Origin: Methanobacteriota archaeon | Lineage (GTDB): Archaea > Thermoplasmatota > Poseidoniia > Poseidoniales > Poseidoniaceae | Assembly: GCA_018623995.1 (NCBI GenBank) | Contig: JAAZUV010000001.1 | Coordinates: forward strand, 1-51,902 | Reading direction: 5' to 3' | DNA length: 51,902 bases | In this document: positions 10,324 through 18,349 of the stretch, piece after piece | How the letters are laid out: the number at the start of each line of letters is the position of its first letter | Position numbering within the stretch: position 1 is the first letter of the stretch | Notes under the pieces: model-generated | What the model saw: only the letters and a program-made list of their open reading frames with translations | Told to the model about the DNA's origin: nothing | Database searches by the model: none | Position numbers and translations under genes: made by a program

Positions 10324-11700
10324 ATGAGCACCATGTTCGATGAGGCATACGGGACGTTGCCAGAGAAACCACCTACTCTATCGAAGGAGGTCTATCGGGA
10401 ACGACAAGCTCGATTGCTCTCGCAACTCGATGTTGACGATCTCATCATTGTCTCCTCTTTACCCGAGGCAACGAGAAGCAACGATGTGCATTATCCGTAC
10501 CGTTCCTCAAGTGACATGATGTACATGTGCGGTTGGACAGATCCAGAAGCTACGTTGATGTTTTACCATGTTGATGGAGAATGGATTTCACATCTTTTTG
10601 TTCAACCAAAAGATACACTGATGGAAATTTGGGAAGGACGACGTCCTGGAACAGAAGGTGCATTGCGAGATTGGCCAATCGACCGTGCTGATTCTTCTCA
10701 TGATATGTGCCTCCATCTTGAGCGTCTCCTCGAGTCGTCAGTGCGAGTACACGTCCGTCCTGGAATTGACCCTCGCATCGATTCAATCGTGATGTCTGCA
10801 GTTGAGAAGCGTGACCGAAAGCGCCAGCACTTTGGTTCCGGTCCAATCAGTGTCGAAGATCCCAGCCGTCGCATCGCAGAGATGCGATTGCGTAAATCCG
10901 ATGAGGAGATTCAACAGATGCGTTATGCTGCAGAAGTTTCGTCGAAAGCACACGAATTGGCAATGGCAGCGAGCAAAGACGGAATACATGAATTCCAAAT
11001 TCAATCCATCATAGAGGGATTCTTTGTTTACGGAGGTACGAGTGGTTGGGCTTATCCATCCATCGTTGGGTGCGGTGAAAATGCAACGATTCTCCATTAC
11101 ACCGTCAATAATTCACCATGTCAATCTGACGAGATTATTTTGATTGATGCTGGTGCGGAGTACCAAGGTTACGCAGCAGATATTACACGTTCCTGGCCTA
11201 TTGGAGGGACTTTTTCAGATGCACAAAAGGAAATTTACGAAATCGTTCTCGATGCTCAAGAGAAAGCCATCGACGCGTGTCGAGTAGGTAACCCATACAA
11301 CATGCCACACGAAGTTGCTCGAAAAGCACTGGCTGAGGGATTGATTCGTCTTGGAGTCATTACGCAAACACTGGATGAAGCACTTGATGTTGAAACTGGT
11401 GAACTACGCAAATGGTACATGCACAACACGGGACATTGGCTTGGTTTGGATGTACATGATGTGGGTACTTACAAGCCAGATGGTTCACCACGTTTGCTTG
11501 AGGAAGGAATGGTTCTAACCGTAGAACCCGGGCTATACTTTGGTGCCTGGCGTCCTGATGTCGATTGCCCGGAGCGATATGCAAACATTGGGATTCGCAT
11601 TGAAGATGATGTCCTTGTAACAAATGGGGATCCTGACGTCTTGACCATTTCCTGTCCAAAAACAATTGATGATATTGAACGAATTGTTGGAAGTCTTTGA
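10324..11700 (+). CDS. pepP: Xaa-Pro aminopeptidase (M24B)
   Basis: RSNDVHYPYR, IDAGAEYQGYAADITRSWP, HNTGHWLGLDVHD, TVEPGLY, GIRIEDD. Alternative TTG start at 10312. Confidence 0.92.
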   Translation: MSTMFDEAYGTLPEKPPTLSKEVYRERQARLLSQLDVDDLIIVSSLPEATRSNDVHYPYRSSSDMMYMCGWTDPEATLMFYHVDGEWISHLFVQPKDTLMEIWEGRRPGTEGALRDWPIDRADSSHDMCLHLERLLESSVRVHVRPGIDPRIDSIVMSAVEKRDRKRQHFGSGPISVEDPSRRIAEMRLRKSDEEIQQMRYAAEVSSKAHELAMAASKDGIHEFQIQSIIEGFFVYGGTSGWAYPSIVGCGENATILHYTVNNSPCQSDEIILIDAGAEYQGYAADITRSWPIGGTFSDAQKEIYEIVLDAQEKAIDACRVGNPYNMPHEVARKALAEGLIRLGVITQTLDEALDVETGELRKWYMHNTGHWLGLDVHDVGTYKPDGSPRLLEEGMVLTVEPGLYFGAWRPDVDCPERYANIGIRIEDDVLVTNGDPDVLTISCPKTIDDIERIVGSL

Positions 11701-11709
11701 GGTGGCCGT

Positions 11710-12894
11710 ATGGCTTGGCTAGAGACGCTGCAAAGGATTCTATCTTCGGACGAAACGTTTCGTTTGACTATCGACGAATGCGTTGAACTCTACAATGACG
11801 CTCCTCTACATCAGTTGATGACAGCTGCCCATCATCGAAGATGTCTACATAACCCTTCGAATGAAGTCACCTATCTCGTCGATCGGAACATCAATTACAC
11901 CAATGTCTGCACGATCAACTGCCAATTTTGCTCCTTCTATCGGCCACCTGGTCACGAAGAGACCTATACGCAATCTTACGATGAAATACATGACCGTATT
12001 CACGAACTTGAGGCGATTGGAGGTTCTCGTATTTTGATGCAAGGGGGCGTGAACCCTGATCTTGAATTTAGTTGGTACATCGATCTCATCAAAGCGCTGC
12101 GAGAACGCCATCCAACGATTGATTTGGATTGCTTTTCGCCTATCGAGATTGAAGGAATAGCTGAAGTCACTGAATTGCCAACTCAGACAGTATTGGAACA
12201 CCTCAAGAATGCTGGAATGCATGGCCTACCCGGAGGTGGAGCTGAGATGCTTGTTGAGTCTGTACGAAAGGATGTATCTCCAAAAAAGGGACATCCTGAC
12301 AACTGGTTGCGTGTCATGAAAGAAGCCCAGCTTCTTGGATTGACAACCAGCGCAACCAATGTCATTGGATTTGGTGAATCAAACGCAGACAGAGTTCAAC
12401 ATCTTCATCGAATTCGAGAACAGCAAGAAGAAATCCGTTCGCTTGGGTTGCCTGGCTTCACATCCTTTATTGCATGGCCTGTGCAGTTGGAAACCAACAC
12501 CTTCGGAAAAAGAAATCGTGGTCAAAACAAGTTTGAACGAGGCGCTGGTTCAACGGAATACTTGCGCCATGTTGCGATTGCTCGTTTGTTCTTGGATAAT
12601 GTGGACCACATTCAAGCATCATGGCCGACGATGGGGATGGGAATTGCACAGATGGCCTTGCTCGCAGGTGCTGATGATGCAGGTTCAACCATGATGGAAG
12701 AGAACGTGGTCTCCGCTTCGGGAACGACAAAATTTAGTGCAACGGAATACGAATTACAACTTTCGATTCAACGTGCAGGATTTACCCCGAAGCGACGCAA
12801 CAGTGATTATGAGTTACTTGAAACACCTGACGCTCTCGTCAATGCACCTGAGACGATCAGTCAACCACCACGTCAAGTGGTTGAGTTGGTGTAA
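11710..12894 (+). CDS. mqnC: Cyclic dehypoxanthine futalosine synthase (radical SAM, MqnC/CofH family)
   Basis: DRNINYTNVCTINCQFCSFYR (CxxxCxxC), ILMQGG, PGGGAE, IQASW, GSTMMEENVVS. GAGGTGG RBS upstream. Confidence 0.8.
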   Translation: MAWLETLQRILSSDETFRLTIDECVELYNDAPLHQLMTAAHHRRCLHNPSNEVTYLVDRNINYTNVCTINCQFCSFYRPPGHEETYTQSYDEIHDRIHELEAIGGSRILMQGGVNPDLEFSWYIDLIKALRERHPTIDLDCFSPIEIEGIAEVTELPTQTVLEHLKNAGMHGLPGGGAEMLVESVRKDVSPKKGHPDNWLRVMKEAQLLGLTTSATNVIGFGESNADRVQHLHRIREQQEEIRSLGLPGFTSFIAWPVQLETNTFGKRNRGQNKFERGAGSTEYLRHVAIARLFLDNVDHIQASWPTMGMGIAQMALLAGADDAGSTMMEENVVSASGTTKFSATEYELQLSIQRAGFTPKRRNSDYELLETPDALVNAPETISQPPRQVVELV

Positions 12895-15800
12895 AACACG
12901 ACCCATATCTCAGCGACGATGTTTCGTCCACCTTTGCTTGATTCACCAGTTGGATTGTACTCTTGTCCATTGAAGAGACCTCGATAGGTCAACTCGTTGT
13001 TCTGGCCATTCATGTCAACCCAAGAAGTGATATCGAAACTCCATTGTTTGACATCCTGGCCAGCACACCAACCTGCTCTTCCAAACGGCCATGAACCGAA
13101 TTGATTGGCAACGACTCCATTGTTGACTTCGTTTTCACAGCCAGTGCTCGAATACACGATAGGATGCCACTCATAGGTGTGGTGTGAATCCATGTAGTAG
13201 TGGTGTTGATGGTCACAGAATTCAGCACAATTCGCATCGTCCTTCTGGAAACCATGACCCGTGATGGTTGCAACAATCTCGACTCTGGTCGTTTCACTTG
13301 GAACAGTGAAATTCAAGCTCCGAACATATCGACTTTCATTGTTGTATGTTCCATCGAATTGTCCTCCAGTGAAACCAAACTCAGCATCAAATGCTCGCTC
13401 ACCACTTCCCCAATTTGAAAACAGGAATTTGATGGTAAGGTCTCCTTTGTTTGCACCTTTGTATCTGAATCTTCGCTCTTGATCGTCTTCAAGCATGAAC
13501 AAATACGGGCTAATATCGGTTAACCAACGTCCTTCGCGACCATACGTTGTAATCCAGCGCATAAATTCAGTTCCACAAATCGATGAATTATCTGCATCAC
13601 AGATGTAGAGGTGTGCAAGATAATCCCATTCATGACATCCTCCATAACTTCCATCGCTCTTTTGATACCGGTTTGCTCTTTCATCACAGGCATGTTCATG
13701 GAACACTTCGAGCGTGTCATACGACGATAGATTCTCTGGTAATGTAAAAGTCGTATTCCTGTACGAATTGTGATTTGCTCCCCACCCACCAGCATGTCGA
13801 TCGAAATCGTAGAGGGTGACGACATCAATACCTGAATCCTGCATTCGAATTTCTGGTTCGAATTCGGCGTTCCATTGATGTGGTTCATATGTGTAGTGGA
13901 ATGGATCGTTCGTTTGTGAAACCCATGCATAAATTGAGCCAGTATCGCGTGCACGTTGGAAACGATCGATACCCATGAAGAATGGACTGTTGAAGTTGGA
14001 TATCATTTGGCCTAAGCCGCCTTGAATGTTGCTTGCATCCATATCGATGTAATGTATACGGCCATCCCACTGTTCTTCCTCACTTGGGTTGAGGCGTGCC
14101 TCAACATCGCTCTTTCGCGACAGGACATCGTTGTGGTAGCTTGAGTCAAATGAGCCGTAGAACAGATGGGTGTTATCAGGTAGGTTGCGAATAAATGTGC
14201 CCGGATTTGTAGACCATGTTGCAGAATTCGAGTTTCCACTTCCGTCTGTATACTTGAACATGAACAGATAGACATCATTTCCAGTCCACTTGTTTTGAAA
14301 TGTGAACGTGCCATCGAGCGTTGGTACTGTAAAGGTTGGTACGATGTCCATTGGGCCATTAACAGAAGTGCCTGTTGTCCATTGAACTGGCCTTTGGACA
14401 ATGGCACAACCATCAACATCAATCGTCCAACGTTCAGGACTGTCAGCACAAATGTCGACATTGGCAAACACACCATCACCATCGAGGTCAGCGCATCCTA
14501 CTGTGTTAACCGTTAATCCGCTCGGTGTACCTTCACATGCATCGATCAAATCGTTCACACCATCTCCGTCGGTATCACGTTCGATGGCAGCGCACCCAAA
14601 TTCATCAACATCCGTAGCATTGGCCGGCGTCGTTGGACACAAATCCAATGTTGCCCCAGTTGCATTGACATCGTTGACGTTATCGTTGTCATCATCTACG
14701 TCTTCAGTCGCATCGTAGCAACCATCCATGTCGAAATCCGTGTCCGTTGTTCGCTCTGATTGCCAATTTGAACGACCTTTCGGACATCCATCTGTTGCAT
14801 CAAATTCACCATCGTTATCGTCATCAGAATCTTCGAGGAGATCGTTGCAACCATCCTGATCCCAGTCGTTGTAGAGATTCGCAGGCCAATTGATTTCACC
14901 ATCCAAGCAGGCATCATCGACATCGAGAATACCATCACCATCATCATCGTCATCGTTGGTATCGTCATGACATCCATCTCGATCACGATCGTTCTCAAGC
15001 GTGCTTGTCCACCCCAGACTCGATGTGCAACCATCATTGGCATCCAGAATTCCGTCGTTATCATCGTCTAGGTCCTCGTCGAAATCTCTGCAACCGTCCT
15101 GATCAGCATCACTTTGAGCATTTGATGCCCATCCGTCCGATTCACCATAACCATCTGGACATAAATCAACACTATCTAGGATACCATCTCCATCTGCATC
15201 GTTGTTTTCTTCAACGATGATGGTGATGTTCTTCGAATCCTCAGTAAGCGTGTATTCTCCACATACTGCACTTGTTCGAACAACGAATGTCTCTGTACGT
15301 ACGTCAAGATCGGTCAAAATGTAGGAAAAGCTACCGTCATCCTGTAGAGGTAGTGTGTTCGTTGTCACCGATGAATCTTCTTCATTGATTTCGATCACGG
15401 TTGTGCAGGTTTCCAACGCTTCATGCAGCACTTGACCTTGAAGAATAAGCATTGCAGCCTCAACGACGAGGAATTGTGGTGCAACAATCGATGTCGTTCC
15501 TTCTTCTGGTAGGAGAATTTCGATTGTATTTGTCATTTTAATCTGTTCTCCCATTGTTGGAAAAATCGTTAGATCGACAGTGTAGGTACCTGGTTCCTTT
15601 GGTAGTAATACAATGGAAATACTTGTTGTCTTTTCCGTTATGCTGTAGTCAGATTGGCTGACAGCTACACCTGAGTGGAGTATGCTTGCCTCGACTGAAA
15701 AATCACCGACGCCTGTTGTCTCAAGGAGTACGTTTAGATTTGCAATTTCATCAAGTTCGCCAGTAATTGATTCTCTATCCCATTCTGCTGTTAATGTGAA

Positions 15801-15914
15801 TGGGATAGGTGCAGGCTCTTCCTCAACAATCTCAGAATTCGTGTCACTGTTTCCGAAACAACCGGATAGCATTAACAACGAAAGCAAAACTGCAAGGAAA
15901 GGCTTGTTGGCCAT
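12873..15914 (-). CDS. Lipoprotein with thrombospondin type-3 repeats and C-terminal peptide-N-glycosidase F-like domains
   Basis: Lipobox-like LSGC; DxDxDGCxD / DxCP repeats; PNGase-F-family-like motifs EWDY, RWITTYGREG, TITGHG, CAEFC, GRAGWC. Confidence 0.8.
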   Translation of the reverse strand: MANKPFLAVLLSLLMLSGCFGNSDTNSEIVEEEPAPIPFTLTAEWDRESITGELDEIANLNVLLETTGVGDFSVEASILHSGVAVSQSDYSITEKTTSISIVLLPKEPGTYTVDLTIFPTMGEQIKMTNTIEILLPEEGTTSIVAPQFLVVEAAMLILQGQVLHEALETCTTVIEINEEDSSVTTNTLPLQDDGSFSYILTDLDVRTETFVVRTSAVCGEYTLTEDSKNITIIVEENNDADGDGILDSVDLCPDGYGESDGWASNAQSDADQDGCRDFDEDLDDDNDGILDANDGCTSSLGWTSTLENDRDRDGCHDDTNDDDDDGDGILDVDDACLDGEINWPANLYNDWDQDGCNDLLEDSDDDNDGEFDATDGCPKGRSNWQSERTTDTDFDMDGCYDATEDVDDDNDNVNDVNATGATLDLCPTTPANATDVDEFGCAAIERDTDGDGVNDLIDACEGTPSGLTVNTVGCADLDGDGVFANVDICADSPERWTIDVDGCAIVQRPVQWTTGTSVNGPMDIVPTFTVPTLDGTFTFQNKWTGNDVYLFMFKYTDGSGNSNSATWSTNPGTFIRNLPDNTHLFYGSFDSSYHNDVLSRKSDVEARLNPSEEEQWDGRIHYIDMDASNIQGGLGQMISNFNSPFFMGIDRFQRARDTGSIYAWVSQTNDPFHYTYEPHQWNAEFEPEIRMQDSGIDVVTLYDFDRHAGGWGANHNSYRNTTFTLPENLSSYDTLEVFHEHACDERANRYQKSDGSYGGCHEWDYLAHLYICDADNSSICGTEFMRWITTYGREGRWLTDISPYLFMLEDDQERRFRYKGANKGDLTIKFLFSNWGSGERAFDAEFGFTGGQFDGTYNNESRYVRSLNFTVPSETTRVEIVATITGHGFQKDDANCAEFCDHQHHYYMDSHHTYEWHPIVYSSTGCENEVNNGVVANQFGSWPFGRAGWCAGQDVKQWSFDITSWVDMNGQNNELTYRGLFNGQEYNPTGESSKGGRNIVAEIWVVFYTNSTT

Positions 15915-15944
15915 GTACCATACATGCCCCTGAAGGACATGAAT

Positions 15945-17078
15945 CTAACGTTCGCCGATGAAGAACTGTTCTGTTCTGGGATCGTTGATCTCTAGATCTT
16001 CCAGGTGAACGATTGAATCCGGAAATTGAACATGAACTGGGCATACCCAAAGCAGAGGCATTTGCTTGTTTCGTTTAATTTTTAGAATAAATTCCCAATG
16101 GATGCGGTGCAGTGGTGAATTGACCGTTCCAGGCCACGATTGGTTAGGGGGACTTATGGAAAATGTTCCATCATCTTCAATTCTCGAGGAACCACCCTCG
16201 GCAGAAAATCGCATGGGCCGTAAAAAGACGCCACCTTGAATATCCTTTCTCTCGATTGGCGAATCTTCACCACCCGCAGTACCATCATCCAGACTTGCCT
16301 CCCAGTGATGGGGTAACGGTGTAGATAGACCCACAGGCGGTTGTGAACCCTCCGTTGTATTGGAAAGTTCAATGAGAGCCTCTCTTGACGGTGGGAGCGT
16401 ACCCACTTGCCAATGACAGGATATCGATTTCCAATCTGGCAACTCACTGGGCAATTTGATATGACCGGACAATGGCTTTCCACTTACGATTGGGTGATCA
16501 AATTCGACAACTGGTTGCTCTATTGGTGCTCGAAAGAAGTCTTGTTGACGTTTGAGATCGACGAAATTAGCAATTAATCGGAGTACAATTGGTAGCATCA
16601 GTATGGGCACAACAATGATGCTTAGAATAGGGTAATCTAGAAGGCCAATCTGTAGGCTTTTCGTTCCAACGCTTGGTATGCCTAAGCTACTTAGCAACGG
16701 TTCCAGGAAGAGGTAGACAAGTGTCGAGAGAAGAAGAATTACCGCAGCATTAACCATTCTTCGAGCAATGCCATGGAGTTTGTTTGGAAGGATGTACCAA
16801 CCTCTTCGTTGTTGTTTTACAAGTTTAACAAATGGTTGGCTATCTGTACGGAATTCAGTCATTCCATCATACGTTTCTCCATCCTTGTTAACAATGGTTC
16901 GTTCAATCAACCATCCTTCTGAACTTTGAATGGTGTAAGGTGGCAGCACGTTGACTACCTCATCATCGCTGAGGTTGGAGGCGATTTCATCTTCAAAGAT
17001 TGGTGCAGCATTCGCATTCAATCGTTTATCATCAAACGGAGGATAGCGAACGCGATGAACAATTGACCATGATGACAT
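15945..17078 (-). CDS. Hypothetical two-TM membrane protein with possible arrestin-like C-terminal domain
   Basis: 377-aa ORF with two hydrophobic segments, 9 nt downstream of the GGR stop with a GAGGAG RBS. Confidence 0.65.
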   Translation of the reverse strand: MSSWSIVHRVRYPPFDDKRLNANAAPIFEDEIASNLSDDEVVNVLPPYTIQSSEGWLIERTIVNKDGETYDGMTEFRTDSQPFVKLVKQQRRGWYILPNKLHGIARRMVNAAVILLLSTLVYLFLEPLLSSLGIPSVGTKSLQIGLLDYPILSIIVVPILMLPIVLRLIANFVDLKRQQDFFRAPIEQPVVEFDHPIVSGKPLSGHIKLPSELPDWKSISCHWQVGTLPPSREALIELSNTTEGSQPPVGLSTPLPHHWEASLDDGTAGGEDSPIERKDIQGGVFLRPMRFSAEGGSSRIEDDGTFSISPPNQSWPGTVNSPLHRIHWEFILKIKRNKQMPLLWVCPVHVQFPDSIVHLEDLEINDPRTEQFFIGER

Positions 17079-17087
17079 ATGCTCTCC

Positions 17088-18305
17088 TCAGGTGAACAGA
17101 AGCTTGACTCCTGCTTGCAAAGCCAATTTACGGAATGCTGGAACTTTCTTCAAAAGTGCGAGACCTAACGGAACTGGCTTTTCAATATCGCCGATTTCAT
17201 TGATGAGAGATATCACCTCAGGCTTCGCAAAATTCGCAAAATGTTCGTCCAACTCTTCATCCGTTCGGGTAGAAACAAGGAGATCTCTTAGCGCTCGTGC
17301 ACGATCTTGTTCCTTCTTCATTTTGGGCCACGAGGATTTTGTGACTGATTTCAAATCCTTTTCAGATAACTGATTCAGGTTGACATGTTTGACAAGTTTG
17401 TCAGCAATTGATGAGATCTGTTTGAAACCAGGTCCGAGCCCTCCGCCAGTCGTCGGTTTCGCCATACCTGCGGCATCACCAATGACGAGTACTCGATCTT
17501 TGAAGGGTCTACGAATCATCCCTGAGGGGACTGGTCCACAGTATCGTGCGGTTTCTGTGATGTTTTCAAATCGGTCTTTCCACAATGGATGCTTGAGGAG
17601 GTCGTTGTAGCAGTCAAGTACTGTACGCCCATCGAGAAGGTCAGCTTTTGACCACAGACCGATTCGATGTGTGCCATTTCCTGATGGAATCACCCACGCA
17701 AAGAATCCAGGAGCTATACTTGAACCACTGTACATTTCAAGCCAACCATCTTGGCCTTCATAGCCAATCACTTCGGTTTGGAACCCAATCATCATTTCTT
17801 TCGGATGGCCCATCTTAAATCGACGACGTACCCATGAATGGGCTCCATCACAACCAATAAGCAATTTTGCTTTCAACGTCGTTGTTTCCTCAGTGCGTTG
17901 GTTGACGATATCGATGACTACACCGTCTTCGACAACATCTGCAGATGTTGGTTGAGATTCAAGAATAAGGTCCGCACCTGCCTCAAGCCCTTGTTGGACA
18001 ACGGTTTGATCGAATCGTTTTCTGCAAACAACATACGTTCTCAATTCGCCTTCACGTCCAACAGGTACAAGTGTGCCAGATGGTCCATGAATAAGCGCCC
18101 CATCGACATCCTCAACGACTGTATCGTATGCTTCGACTGCATCCATTGCACTTGGCGTTACCAAACCTGCGCATTGGAAAGGCCTTCCAACTTCATTGTG
18201 TTCTTCGACCATCAAAACAGAAAGTCCACGTTCACACAACATACGTGCAGTATAACCGCCAACTGGACCAGCACCGATGATGACAACGTCGTAATCATGG
18301 TCCAT
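17088..18305 (-). CDS. Geranylgeranyl reductase family flavoprotein (archaeal lipid reductase-like)
   Basis: VIIGAGPVG FAD motif, QCAG, LIGCDG, PGFFAWVIP, GDAAGMAKPTTGGG. Confidence 0.88.
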   Translation of the reverse strand: MDHDYDVVIIGAGPVGGYTARMLCERGLSVLMVEEHNEVGRPFQCAGLVTPSAMDAVEAYDTVVEDVDGALIHGPSGTLVPVGREGELRTYVVCRKRFDQTVVQQGLEAGADLILESQPTSADVVEDGVVIDIVNQRTEETTTLKAKLLIGCDGAHSWVRRRFKMGHPKEMMIGFQTEVIGYEGQDGWLEMYSGSSIAPGFFAWVIPSGNGTHRIGLWSKADLLDGRTVLDCYNDLLKHPLWKDRFENITETARYCGPVPSGMIRRPFKDRVLVIGDAAGMAKPTTGGGLGPGFKQISSIADKLVKHVNLNQLSEKDLKSVTKSSWPKMKKEQDRARALRDLLVSTRTDEELDEHFANFAKPEVISLINEIGDIEKPVPLGLALLKKVPAFRKLALQAGVKLLFT

Positions 18306-18349
18306 GTGCTGAATACGGCGGACCGAACTTCAAGAAGTTTCTTCTGCGA

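Noticed and set aside
14440..15210. Repetitive (atc/gtc)-rich DNA here and at 5770-8700 as a CRISPR or tandem DNA repeat
   Set aside because: Degenerate at nucleotide level; it reflects Asp-rich protein repeats with no fixed repeat-spacer pattern.
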